Source of the DNA: Camelus ferus
Taxonomy: Eukaryota
Direction of reading: 5' to 3'
Assembly (NCBI RefSeq): GCF_009834535.1
Contig: NC_045713.1
Location: 3,038,001 to 3,102,000 of the forward strand
Length of the DNA: 64,000 nt
Numbering within the stretch: the stretch's first letter is position 1; every line of letters begins with the position of its first letter. Made by a program: the position numbers and the translations under genes. The notes below the pieces were generated by a model. It made no database searches. It was not told where the DNA came from and worked only from the letters and a program-made list of their open reading frames with translations. Shown here piece after piece: positions 25,255 to 38,619 of the stretch.

Positions 25255-25413
25255 GAGATATCTGAATCAAGGTATCATCAGAGCCATGCTCCCAGCGGAG
25301 GCTCTAGAAGAAGGGTCCATTCCTTGCCCACTCCCACTTCTGGCTGCCAGAATTCCTTGGCTTGTGGCCTCATCATTCCAGTTTCTGTCTTTGTGGTCAC
25401 TTTGCCTTCTCCT

Positions 25414-25473
<60 letters not shown>

Positions 25474-25678
25474 TGAAATCTCCCTCTGCTTCCCTCTTAC
25501 AAGGATACATACGACTGCATTTTCAGCCCACCCAGATAATCCAAGATAGTTTCTCCATTTCAGGATCCTTAGCATACTCACATCTTCAAAGATTCTTTTG
25601 CCATATAAGAAGACACCTGTGGGTCCTGAGGATTAGGACATGGACCTATCTTTGGGGGCCATGTTTTCGCCTGGCACC
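25255..25678 (-). mobile_element. MaLR MLT1A/B LTR with an internal (TG)n
   Basis: ctgaatcaaggtatcatcagagccatgctccc...aaatctccctctgcttccctcttacaagg...gattaggacatggacctatctttggggg. Confidence 0.82.
25416..25475. repeat. (TG)25 plus imperfect extension
   Basis: Direct reading. Confidence 0.97.
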
Positions 25679-28600
25679 TTGCACTTTTGGGCTGTCTTCT
25701 GACTACCCTTCCTTTGTCTTGTGTCTTTCAGGATCTAGGTTTCTTGCCCTCTTGGCTCCTTCCATGAGCGGGAGTGGAGGGGGGAGGGGGAAAGGAGAGG
25801 TTCCTGTGTGTGGACTGCTGAGAAAACTGCCACACTAGACCACTCCAAAGAGGCACCAGGGAGCTCTCTCTGTCTGGGTTTTATAAAATGGTTGTAATAA
25901 TGCTTGTTTGCAAAGGAGCTGGAGACCCTCTGCTGAAGATGGAAGCGGAGGCTGTTTTGGATGGTAGATAGCTGCTTTGAGCCTCCAGGATCTCATAAAA
26001 TGGAGGTCTTGCAGAGCCGAGATGAGAAAATTATTGTCCTGTTGGGGAAAAGAATTCTTCAGAGTGAGAAAGAGGAGGGAGGAAGCCTACTCACTGACCA
26101 ATGACAGGACTGAATGTCACGGCTGCTACTGCAGGGGAGGGAATCGGTGCCTCCCACTTGCAAGCTTACGTGTGACAGCCATTATTGCAGATTGGTCACA
26201 AGTGCCTGGGTTAAGAAATCCCCAAACATTCATAAGGCTTTTCCGCAGCAATACCTGACGTTGAAACCTTTATGTCACTTTCTGTTTTAAGCATTTCTGT
26301 CCTAAGCTGATGTCATCCATTTTGGTCTCAAAGCATAAAGGTTTTTTGCTTTAAATGTTTTAGCATAGGTGGTACCCCGAGGCCAAAAGCGAGAGGTCAG
26401 GGTCAGCTCTCTAAATATGAGGATCTGAATGCAAGAATATTTGCATTGGGGTATTTGATTTGGGGTAATGGCTGCTACAGCCCTATGTAGCTGCCTAGAT
26501 GCTTTGTATGTGTATATCTTAGTCAGATGAAGTGGGCTGGATTTGACTGGCTTCAGCTAAGACAGAAAAACAAAAATTAAAGATTGTGAAAGCCTGCATG
26601 GTAGAGGCAGGTGTGTGCTGGTCTTCTGAGTCCTTGGGAAACATGCACTATGAATGATGAGCATATAATTTTTGATCTGTGTATGACACTTTTGAAACTG
26701 AAGGGGACATTACTAATAATTAAGTTGGAGTCTCAGGCATAAGCCTGGACTGTCTCAGTTTACTTTCTAACAGTGAGCAACTTGCACTCCCACTTGACTG
26801 GCTGTGAGCAAAACTATGAAGGAGATTTTCTTCCATTTTTCCCTTTCCTTTTGCTTCCGTTCCCCTCTGCCTCGTGCTCAGAAAGCCATCACTCTGGAGC
26901 TTGATGGAAACCGTCTCCCATGTCTGGTTTTATAATTAAGGGAGCTAAGAACTCAGAAGACGGTGACTTTTGGTTCCACAATAAGATGGAGATGGGCTTA
27001 GAGCTTGTCTCCTTTCCCCAGAAGACGGGGTGGGATCTCTTCATGGCTGGGACTAGCCATGGTCCTGCACCACCTGCCCCACTGAACCCAGCTCAGTTCA
27101 GAAACACCTCTTCTCTCACCTGCTTTCCAATGCTTTAGTGCGCCCTGAAATGACTGATGGACATCTGATGAATCAGCAAATGCTGGGGTGCCATAACTGT
27201 TTGGGGAATGACTCACATTTTCATAAAGGGCTTCTGTAGAGAGTGTCTCTATGCAAAAGAGCAGATCTCAAACGTTGGCATTTCACCTACTGGTAGCAGA
27301 TGTATCGAGGAAAATTTTAGATATAGGAAAATGGGAGGGGGGAACACATGGGTAATTTCTGTTATTCCTGTGCAGAAGGGGAGAGCAAGAGAGAGAGCCT
27401 TAGAGTGTATCTCTAGTAGAGGAAAGAGAGAAAGAGAACAGCACAGAGATGGAGAGAAATGAAGGGAGGGGAAGGGAAGAGGGTAAAATAGTTCATGGTG
27501 AGGTTGACATGCTCTGGAGAAAGAGGATGTGTTTGGAAGGGAAGACCTACCAAGATATCATTGACGGTGCTAGAATCCCAGCGCTACAGACAGGGTTTAT
27601 TGTCAGCTCTGGACGCTACCTGGGAGCCTGTGAAGCCAATTCCCTTGTCAAGAGGGACCTGAGCTACATAGTTAGTGACTCACCACGTCCCCAAATGAGG
27701 TCTCCTGACTCCCAGCCCAGCACTCTTCCCACTCAACTTCACTCTTTCCTCAGAACAAGAACGTAGGAAAGGAACAAGCAAGGCAGACACCTCCTGCCCT
27801 GGTGCGAGGTATCGTCATGCACTTCAAGTCCCCGCATTAGAAAACAAAACCAAAGCAATGAAAATCCAACCAGCACCCTTTGCAACACAAGAGAACCAAA
27901 ATTATCAAGGTCGTCCTTGAGTGTTTCCTGTATGTTCCAGACTCACAATGAAACAAGCTTATTTCTGACTTTTACATTTCAGAGGTCTAAGGATATGTCA
28001 TGTTTGTGGTTATGACTGATCGTATCTGAAAACCCTTTTCCACTGTGAATGGACTAATGGTAAAATTAGTAATTTTGTGGAGTTTAACTCTAAATAACTG
28101 TTATGTTTATCTGAGAATCCAGATGTTCTTTGCAAATTAACTTATTCATGCTTGTCTCTGAGTCCATATCCAAATAGAAAAAGAAATATTCCTGGTGGTT
28201 TTTCTCTAAGACTGTCCCAAAGATTAAAAAAAAAAATTAGGTCAGAAAGCCTCAGAGTCATCGTAAGCTTGTCCATCACTTCTTTCTTTACAGGAAATTT
28301 GTCACTTGGTTCTATTGATCTTTTTTTTTTTTAATCATTTCCCACATGCAAACTTACTTTCCTGTTTCCCTTGTCCTCTCTCTGCTCCATGTCTTTTTAT
28401 AATCCTCCCATTTCTTAGTGAGGAATAACCTTCTAATATCCCTTGTGATAACTCCAAAAGCCTTTCCTGCCAAAATAACATTGCTACGACATTATTATCA
28501 TTCTGCCATCATTTCCACTCTCAAAAATTACTGCCTAGAGGAAGCAGTCCAAACTAAACACCATGGTATAGCAGGCCTTCACAGTCCAACGTTACCTTGA

Positions 28601-28679
28601 GTTCTGAATGGATGGCTACCTTCCCACAAAGAACAGCTTCGCAAACTGTGAAGCCCCTGACAGTTATGTTCAGCCTATC

Positions 28680-30258
28680 TCTCTTCTTTAGGTGTCCTCT
28701 CATCACCTGTGTTTCTGATTCGTCTTTTTCTTCCCATCATCCCTCCTGAACCAGTGCTACTCAAAGTGTGGTCCAGGCTTAGCAGCATCTTCACCACCTG
28801 GGAGCTGCTTAGAAATGACAAGCATATGACCACCTAAACACACTCCCCTCCTGCAATGATCACGTCCTCTTCAGCACTGATTTTCTCCCTTTCCAAAGCC
28901 ATTACCATCACCTTTAAAGATACTGCCAAAGCTCTTAAAAAACACTCTCCCTAGGTCCTGCCTTCTCCTTCAGCTACTGCCCCATATCCCTGCTCCCTTC
29001 CATAGCCCAACTCCTCAATGACATTGTCTGTATCTGCTGTCCCCACTTCTTTGTCTCACGGTTTCTCTCCAATTCACAACAATCAGATTTTTGTCTTCAC
29101 TACCCATGGAAACACTCTTGCCAGAGTCAGCAACAGATCCTTCTCTCTGTTCATGTGACTGAAGATTCGGCAGCACGTGACACATTTCCTCACCCCTTCT
29201 GTCTGGAATGACTGTCTTCCCGGGGGCTCTAAGTCACTGCGTTCGCCTGGTTTCCCTCTGACCTCAGCATGGCTCCTGGGTTCTTTAAGTTTCAGCTTTG
29301 CAACCATGCGCCCCCCAGAACCCAAAGACTTTGGTTTCCTGGAAGCTGCCTAGGGGTCGCGGGAATAACGCCACTTGGCATCGCTTCTTTTTCCGTTGAG
29401 ATGTAATTGACAGGTAACATGGTATCAGGTTCAGGAGTACAACGCAGTGATTCAGTATTTGTGAATTTTGTGAAATAATCAGCACAATATGTCTCGACAT
29501 GGTTACACATTTTTTTTCTTGTGTTGAGGACTTCTAAGATCTTTTAAGATGACTCTCTTAGCAACTTTCAAATATAAAATGCAGTATTATTAATGATAGT
29601 CATCATGCTGTACATTACATCCCCATGATTTACTTATTTTATAATTGGAAGTGTTACCTTTTGACCCCCTTCATCCATTTGCCTACCCCGCCCCAGCTCC
29701 CATCTCTGGCAACCACCAGACTGTTGCTACTCATCACTTACTCTGTATCTATGAGATATATATATTTTTAGATTCCACATATAAGTGAGATCATATGGTA
29801 TTTGTCTTTCTCTGTCTGACTCATTTCACTTAGTGTAATACCCTCCAAGTCCACACGTGCAAATGGCAAGGGTAGTCTTACTAAAGCCAGGCCACCTTTG
29901 CTCTGCCTCTTACTTAGAGGTTTGAGGATCTTTCTGCAGATCTTTGCATGGCTCTCAGATCTTGTGGCTCATTCTTTCACTTGATTACGGTCTCTGCTCA
30001 AAAGTGACTTTCTCAGACCTTTCCTGATCACCCTCAAGAGATCAGCACCCTCCCTGCTCCACAACTATCTGTATCTGTCTCATCACTCTGCCTTATTGCC
30101 TTCATAGCATCTTTACTACCTTACAGTGTGTAGCAGGTCTCCCCCCTCGCCTAGAATGTAAGTTCCCTGAGGGCGGGACCTTGGTTTGCTCACGGCTGTA
30201 TCTCCAGCGACCACAATGGTCCTGATGAACAGCACTTGCTCAGTGAATGAATGAATGA
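28680..30258 (+). mobile_element. L2a LINE, interrupted by a MER5A piece (~28750-28815) and an L1
   Basis: RT-region remnant (ggcagcacgtgacac), 3' end tagaatgtaagttccctgagggcggg and (tgaa)n tail. Confidence 0.75.
29390..29870 (-). mobile_element. L1MA9-like 3'UTR inserted in L2a
   Basis: caactttcaaatataaaatgcagtattattaatgatagtcatcatgctgtacattacatcccc...tagattccacatataagtgagatc. Confidence 0.85.
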
Positions 30259-33200
30259 GTCAACGAGCATGTGTGTGGTGTGTTGGCTGTGGTGGCATTC
30301 AGGGGTGGGCCTGTGTATGGTCCCACCTGCCTTCACGTTGAGGGACCCAGGATTCACAATGCCTTCCCTGTGTCTCTCTTCTCCCTCCACATCCCCAAGA
30401 CACAAGGTAACAGAATGGGAGCTCCATCAGTATTAACTGTATAAATAAATGGATATGTGGATCCCAGAGACTCTGTTGGTAGTGACTTTCCATTGCTTTT
30501 AGGTATAGTGACAAGATCTGACAAGCCCTGTATCAATCAACATGGATGTTCTGATCAATAAAAATGTTTTCGTAGGGAAAACGAGGCCAGGTCCTTGACA
30601 TGGGGACTGCCTCATACGTGGAGGAGGGGAGGCTGTGGTTTTGAAGATGATCTTTGCCGCCATGAGCCTCCCCTCACCTCAGCCCACACGGCCTTGTCCA
30701 GCATTAGAGCCGCTTGCACATCCTGCCTTAATTTGATTAGTGACAGATGCTCTTATCTGAGGAAATCTGAATTGCCTCTTCCTGTGCTAATGAACTCCTG
30801 TACCAAGTGCGTGGGGATTTGAGAACAAGATAGATTTATTAATGAGCGCCTAATTAAAGGGACAGTTACAGATTTCTTTGTGTGTTGGGGGGGTAGGGTT
30901 GGCGGTGGGGGACATGTTTCTATTTCTTATAAAGCTTGACGCATTTTTATGACAAAATGAAGATTTTTTTTACATTTGCTTAAAAATTTAAATGTCACAG
31001 TTTTGAAGCTGAATGTGGAGTGAGGTTTAATTAAATGCAGTCAAAGGTGACACCCTTCTCCTGGATGACGGTGGGGTCTGCAGGTCTTTCTGTCACCGCT
31101 CTCCCCCAGGGTCCCCAGCAACTAGCCCTGGTGCTTGATTTTTTCATCTAGCACTGCCCTGAAAACCCAACTCTGAAAACAGTGACTTTCTTCCACACCA
31201 AAGTAGAAGCCTGCCTCTGAAGCTCTGGGAACTGCTTGGCTCCTAGTGGACACACAGGACGTGCTCAGGACCACCTACCCTGACCCTCTGTGCATAAGGA
31301 TGCCACACACCCGGCAGCACGGTGAAAAGGGACTCCAAACGGACCCTCCATCCTCCCGTTATACTCCGTAGTGTGAGAATACAAAGTTGGCTGGAAGTAG
31401 CTGGGTTTAGTCTTTGAAAGACATAAAGGCTTGTGGGTCATAAGAACAAGAAATACTCCAGTAGTTTACCCAAGACCTTAGAGCTACAAATAACTGTAGC
31501 TGGAATTGAATGAAATCCATTTGTTTCCAAAGCTTGCTGTTCTTTGTCATCCTTTCTCTCCATCATGTAGAAGTCTGCGGCTTTGCCCACAGTTAAGAGT
31601 GACACTCTGGTTTTGAGAGAGCGGAGTAATCATCAAGGGAGGAAATTGAGGCGTGATGAGGGAGTGAGAGCAGGAAGGGCCTCCTGCTGCTGGGGGTCCA
31701 CTGTCTTCTCCCAGAGTCCACCCACCCGCTGTCAGCCAGGCTCCAACTGGCTCAAGGATGGCGTCTACCAAGCTAGTGGTTTTCAAGTCTTTGGTTTGTG
31801 TGAGTGAGACTGAGCCACTGAGTACTGATGATTTCTACCCTTCTAGCTCGAGAGGGAGGTTCTCCATGGGTCTCTCAAGCACATCAATGCTGTCACATTG
31901 TAGATTCAAGGGGGCTGATTCCCACAGAGGAGTGAAGTGCCGAGTGATGAGAAATTTGGCGCACCTTGGCGGAAAATTTCCTGCCACAGTTGGCAGCAGT
32001 GTCTGTGCTGCCCTTTGAGTCAGGCCCTTTGCTCGAGGGTGATGAGGTGTGAAGGTGGCAGCCTGGATAAGGTTTCTTCCCACAGACTCCTAAGCTTCAG
32101 AGAGGCCAGTGCGGAGCCCTGTTGTCAGAGGAGATGGGCTCTGCCAAGCGTTCGTTTGAGAACAACTGACAGTGGGGCTACTTTTTGTGCAGAAGAGGTC
32201 AGGGATGCAACCAAAGGAGTTCGGGGGGATTTCAGATAGTACTGGATGGCTTCTCCAGAAACTGAAGGCTTCAGGCAATCCTCCACGCTGACATCCCACA
32301 CACGGCCGAGTGGGAGTGTATAACATCTCTCTGCTACAAAAGCTGCGGTTTGTTTGTTTGTTTTTTTTAACCAAGCTGCTGATTATAGTTCAGAAACATA
32401 AATCTCTTACCATTTCCTGGAGGTGCTGGTGTGCAGAGTCAGATCTTAGAGTCAAAATCTGCCAGGACTAGAGCCTTTTAACTCCTAATTTAGCAAAAGT
32501 GAGGCAAGAGAGAGAAAACGATTTTCTTAAGAGGACATAGCACTGAGTGGAGAACTTGAGTTGGCATTCAGTCTCCTAACTCCTTGAACATCAGTGATTT
32601 TTTTCTCTTTTTGCAGAAGAGATAGAGTCTACTATTTCCCACTGTACCCCCATCAAGAACTCCATAAACGCACCAACTGAAGAAGATGAAACAGGGGTAT
32701 AGAGTCCCTGTGTGTGGGTCCCACAATCTGTCCTTTCTGTCCAGGATCCTGGATTTCACTGTCTTTGCTTCAAGATGGAAGCCTCTCAGCTTAGACATCC
32801 CAAGAAGAGGGTCTTCTGGTCTTCCTCTTTTAATGTAAGCTATGCACAGGGTTCTCTTACATGTCAGGCCGAAGTCAAGGTTCTGGTGCCTGGAGAGGGG
32901 ACTCTTATGGATTGACTGTCCCTGTTCTTGATTTGGAGAACAAATGCCTTCCTTGTCATTGGAGGGTGCGTGGCAGGGGTAGTAAGAAACAGAGAGGACT
33001 GTCACTCCTTCCACAGCTGTCGTCTGTTGTCATACTCTGCTCCAGAACCAGGTAAGTACAAGGACATGAAAGGACATATTTAAACAGAAATCCAGAGCAG
33101 GGGGACGAATACCACCCCAGTGCCCACCCCAGCACACATGATCCTACTGAAGTCACAGAATGAAAGATGGAAAATTCCAAAAAGTGGAAAAGGGCAAAAA

Positions 33201-33669
33201 TGTTTTCGTGGATGTCTTGCCCCCACCCTGGCATGTAGACGGGGTGTGCCTTAATAACTACTTTTAAAGGCCTTTTGTCATAAAAGCAGAAGTGATCCTG
33301 CAGCCAGGATCCCCAGATCTCACCTCCTCGGACAGCTATCCCCCACTGGTCCTTTTTAAGGCTGATCTTACGCCACACGGAAGATCTGAACAGCAATGGT
33401 GCAGGAAGAGTATCCTTCACATATGGGTCAGGATGTGTGACCCATGACCCAGGTCACTTCTGCCCTGACACAGCATGTCCTTCATGGGTGGGACTCCGCC
33501 CAGCCCATTGGTAAGGGACAGCAGTATGGCTGAGCAGAAGATAAAGCAGAACAGGTGGGCTTTGTGAAGAGGATGGTCCCTTCCTGACCCAGAGTTCTGG
33601 GTTATTCTTCTGTGAGGCCAGATTGGCTGGAGTTTTAGTGGTTTGGGTTGGAGGGAGATTGTGATGGTA

Positions 33670-33777
33670 GTGGAGGTGTTAATCTCATCCAAAAACACCT
33701 TGTCAGAAACATCCCGAATGACGTTTGACCACACATCCAGCTAAGTTAACACACAAAAAAATTAATGATGACGACAT
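33670..33777 (-). mobile_element. MLT2 (ERVL) LTR 5' fragment
   Basis: gttaatctcatccaaaaacacc...tttgacca...aagttaacacacaaaaaaattaa. Confidence 0.7.
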
Positions 33778-34732
33778 CCTTCAAATCGGCTTAAATTTTG
33801 TGTGAAGAGGGAAGGGGCTCCATAGTTTGGAGGAGACAGGAGTGAAGCTGAGTGACGAGGATGGAAAGACGTGAGGAGGCAAGTAGTGAAGACAGTATTG
33901 AGAAGGCATTGGCTCCAGAAACTCATTTCCCAGTATTTCCTAAATCAGCAACATTTGGCATTGTGACTAAGAGATGATCATCATTGCTCTGACCCACCAT
34001 GAACCATAACCCCAGGGCAGACGTGGGTGCACGAGGGTGTATCGTTCCCTGGAATGTTTCTTACTGGCCCACTCCACTCATTTAAGTTTCTCCAGAACCT
34101 TTGGGAGTAGAATAGTAAATAGCAAGGAATACCGTTCATGGCTCAGTGCCCCCTTCTCTGCCAGTACTCTGTGGAAAATCACGGCACTTATCAGAGTAGG
34201 TTCCAAGTTTCTGTCTGCCTATCTCATAACATGCACTAACAGGTTAATTCCTCAAGGGCCAAAACCTCACCTGATTTACCAGTCTTCGCAGCCCAGCACG
34301 ATGTCCTATTTTTGTCGTGTGAGGCAATTGGCATGCCCCCAACAGAGAACAGAGGGGCCAAAAAGCAGGTGATGATCCCCCCAAACTCCCATACTCCGAT
34401 CCTTCGCTGGAACTGGATCATTCCCCGCTTCTCTGAGTCCAGCCCCGCCAACAGCATTCCTCACCTTCCTCCCCTCCTCAGCCCAGCCCCCACCAGCCAC
34501 AACAGTGTTGTGTAGATTAGTATCGAATTCCCTACCACTTTGTGTATCACCTTCTTTTCCTGGCCTTGTGGCAGCAGGGAAATTCTTCCTTGTTTGCTGC
34601 TATGAAACACAGCCACTCTGTTTCAGCTTGCCGACCGAAGGGACTCTTGCAAATGGGCATATTTCCACAGAACTACACAATAGGCCTAATTGCCTGGGTT
34701 TGCAGTGTAAGCGGAGGTCGTTTGATTACTAG

Positions 34733-35024
34733 NNNNNNNNNNNNNNNNNNNNNNNNNNNNNNNNNNNNNNNNNNNNNNNNNNNNNNNNNNNNNNNNNNNN
34801 NNNNNNNNNNNNNNNNNNNNNNNNNNNNNNNNNNNNNNNNNNNNNNNNNNNNNNNNNNNNNNNNNNNNNNNNNNNNNNNNNNNNNNNNNNNNNNNNNNNN
34901 NNNNNNNNNNNNNNNNNNNNNNNNNNNNNNNNNNNNNNNNNNNNNNNNNNNNNNNNNNNNNNNNNNNNNNNNNNNNNNNNNNNNNNNNNNNNNNNNNNNN
35001 NNNNNNNNNNNNNNNNNNNNNNNN
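34733..35024. other. Assembly gap (292 N)
   Basis: Run of N. Confidence 1.
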
Positions 35025-37344
35025 TTTATATTTTAACTGCTTCCTCCATACCCTTGTTCTGTCCACTGCTCCTCTGGTGAGCAGTGGGGCTGCAGTTTAT
35101 CTTTCAACATGAAAGCAATGAGTTCTTTGAAGGAGAGGAATAAAGGGGGGACTAAGGCACTCAATCATGATAAACCTTAAATAATAGTGGAGTGTTTGCT
35201 CCAGAGCAAAAGACAGACCCTCTCACAGGGACCATCGCAGAGTTTCATAATGGGCTTTTCATTGATTAGGATTGTCAGACCTGTCTTACAGAGGAGGAAA
35301 CTAAGGCTCGGAGAGGGACGAGACTTCCTTGCAGCTGTACCAGTGCTTTGTAGCCCCTGGCATCTGGCTGTCTCCGCTCCATCATGCTATATTCGGAGTT
35401 AAGACCATTCAGCAGCACGTAAGGCATTATATGGGTTGGTTTTGCCAGGCAAACACAGCCATGCTGTATTTAGGCATGAAATTGTGACATTTTCACAGAC
35501 GAACATCAGCCTAAAGTCTTTTCTCCTCTGGGTGGTCACTGTACTTCTAAAATGAAGCTCAGATATCCCTTCCGCTGGGAAGCACTCTCAGGGGCAGAAT
35601 TCATCACCCCTTGCTTTGTTCCCATATTGACCCAATTAATGTCTCCATTGTGATTCAAATTCATAAATTAGAAAACTATAGTAAAACACAGAATCTCTCA
35701 CTGGACTGAGAACCCTTGAAGCGTCCTGGTTCACGTATCTTTGGCAGTCAGTGAATGCTGAGGAAATGTTTATTAACTGAGTCAATCAATTAATCAATCA
35801 CTTATTACCTGTCCACTCTGCTCATTATCTTGTGTTAGACACAGTGAAGGTTGTAAAGAAAGGTAATAGTATCTATCTGCTCCAGGATTTTGCAATCCAG
35901 CAAAGGGGAACAAACAACAGATAAAGATGAAGTAGCAATGCAAACATATTTATCATCACTGAACAAACTGCACCAGTGTTATAAGTGTTTGCTGAGATAA
36001 GTTATGAATTTTTCCTCTGTTGAAATGCCACAGGAGTTGCCCAGACACCTATCTGCCTTGCTTAATCAGGTTCAGTTTTACCTAGATGCAAGGAGATAAA
36101 TATTTCCTGTTGTCATCATCTAATTACGGGATGATGCCTACAATAAATACTGACTGAGCACCTAATCTGTGCCAGGCTCCATGCTGGGAAATAGGACACC
36201 AAAAGGAACAAAACCCATCCAGTGCATTAGTTGGGAAGACAGACTTGGGCAGTGCAAATGTAAAGCAAAGAAGGATGTCTGCTCTTACTCAGTAAGAGCC
36301 ACAAGGATGAGGGTGGGGGGAGAGTACTAGGGAGGGGCAGCAGAGGGTGAAAATGCCCCCAGTGGTGGGGGCAGAGGGAACTCTTCAGGGGGACTTGAGT
36401 CTTGAGAGACACCTTGAAAGATAAGAGAGATTTCAATAGTCAGGGAGGAAGGGTTGAAATGGGTGCCATCCCAAGAGAAAGTAACAACATGAGTAAAAGC
36501 AGAGGACATGTTTAATATGTCCTACTGATCTCTCAGGCAGTGGGATCACAATGACTCAGGTTAGCAGCTTCCATAAATTGCTGGTTCTGGTTAGTCCCCG
36601 TAAACTAGGTTGATCCTATCTTCTTCTTCTGGCCCGCAATTCAGTGAGGAGTACCACGTGGATGGCCCACCAGCAGCATCCTTCCACAACCTCACAGTGG
36701 CTCAGAATGAAGGGAGGTCCCCAGGGGTGGGAATGCTCTGCAGAGATGATGTGCTGGCACTCCTGCTTTGAGCAAGAACTTAAAAGAGGGGCTGTGCGTC
36801 AAGCAGCCTTACTGTGGGTAAAGTCCCTCTTCTAGGAGCCTGAAACTCGTGCTTAGAACAAACCCAGTGTTGTCAGATGGGATTTGCTGGATTAGGCAAA
36901 TCAACTACTTCCAAAACTGGGCTCCTATGGCTTGGAGGAGTCAGATGGAGATACAACTCAAGAAAAAGCTAAAAGAATATTTCTTCTCATATGACAGTCC
37001 TGTGCTGGATCTCATGGAGAATAGCAAACCAGTGATCACACAATCTCTGCCCTTAGGATACTTTACAATTAATGAGGGATAAGAGGCAAGATCTGACACA
37101 TACATATGTAGCTTTATTATAGGGGAGCACGTTACTGCCATAGAGAAGTAGTGAGTGTGGTCGAGCCGAAGAGAGCATGACCACTTGGGCTGGGAATATG
37201 GGCTGCCATTTTTAATTAAGGTGTTGGTATTTAAACTTGGTCTTGAAAGAAAGGTAGGATTCTGAGAGTTAGAGATGAGAGGGTGAATTCTTAGAGAGGA
37301 AACAGTACCTACAAAGGCAGGCAAATGGGTGGAAAAGCACACAT

Positions 37345-37720
37345 CACATTGTTAACTGGAATTATTTTGGTCGCAAAAGACTGAAAAATCAACTTGCCAT
37401 AGCTGAGGTCAAAATGGAAATTCATAGTAAGGCTCACAAAATTGCAGGATGGGCAGAAATATAGCTGGTCTTAATGACAAAGGGGCCAAGTGGCTTGAAA
37501 ACCACCATCACTTACTCTCAGCACCTGACCCTGTCTCAGAATCTCTCAGCTCGTCTATTTTGTTCATCTAAACTGTCTTCCTGCTTCTGGTGGGAACCAG
37601 AGTTGCTGGCACTTCCATTAGCACACGTCCAGGTTTGTTCCCAAGGAGCAACTCAGACTGTGGTTCAAGTTCTAAAATCCCATGCATGTGCCCAGCTCAG
37701 GTGGTACCAACTTCTGTGGG
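37345..37720 (-). mobile_element. MaLR MLT1J-like LTR
   Basis: Begins with the reverse-complemented 3' end (ttttggtcgcaaaagactgaaaaatcaac); heavily diverged. Confidence 0.5.
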
Positions 37721-38054
37721 CGGAGGTGGGGAATCTTGTAAACACATAGAAGTTGTAAGAATGTGAATGTCACTTTTAAAACCACATATTTGGACTCAGG
37801 AAGGAACACTTGTGAGAAGAAATGATGGGAGGGATAAAATACGAAGCATATTTCCCAGAAGAAAATCAGAAAAGTCTGGGCCAGTGAAGTAACAGATGTC
37901 TCAAAATGTAAAATACAAGTTATAGAAGATGTGGTTGAAGTGTTGGTCAGCGTCAAATTGTGGGACGCTTAGAAGGCTGGCCTAGAAAGTAGCATCTTTG
38001 TACTTGAGACAATATTTAGCACTGCTGAGTTTTTTTAAATCATTGTTTAAATTT

Positions 38055-38429
38055 CTTCCTATTGAAGTATAGTTCATTTACAATGTGTTAGTTTCTGATG
38101 TACAGCGTAGTGGTTTAGTTGTGCATACATACATAAATATATTCTTTTTCATTATGGGCAATTACGAGGTATTGAATATAGTTCCCTGTGTTATACAGTA
38201 GGACCTTATTTATCCATTTTCTATATAGTAGGTAGTATCTGCTAATCCCAAACTCCTAATTTATCCCTCCTCCTCCTTTCCCCTTTGGTAACCATAAGTT
38301 TGTTTTGTGTGTCTGTGAGTCTATTTCTTTTTGTAAACAAGTTCATCTGTCTCATTTTCTTAGATTCCACATATAAGAGATGTCATATGATACTCGTCTT
38401 TCTCTGTCTGACTTACTTCACTTAGTGTG
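38055..38429 (-). mobile_element. Cetartiodactyl L1 3'UTR running into a gap
   Basis: Same family as 22281-22780 (attgaagtatagttcatttacaatgtgttagtttctg...). Confidence 0.88.
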
Positions 38430-38619
38430 NNNNNNNNNNNNNNNNNNNNNNNNNNNNNNNNNNNNNNNNNNNNNNNNNNNNNNNNNNNNNNNNNNNNNNN
38501 NNNNNNNNNNNNNNNNNNNNNNNNNNNNNNNNNNNNNNNNNNNNNNNNNNNNNNNNNNNNNNNNNNNNNNNNNNNNNNNNNNNNNNNNNNNNNNNNNNNN
38601 NNNNNNNNNNNNNNNNNNN
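38430..38619. other. Assembly gap (190 N)
   Basis: Run of N. Confidence 1.

Noticed and set aside
25063-25838. ORFs with CVCVCV or HTHTHT runs (also 21280-21580)
   Set aside because: They are translations of (TG)n/(CA)n microsatellites.
29164-29180. ttcggcagcac similarity to the U6 snRNA 5' end
   Set aside because: Only 11 nt, and explained by the L2 RT region.
34542-35066. ORFs spanning N gaps (also 10269, 38380, 41154, 47436)
   Set aside because: Open only because N runs contain no stop codons.
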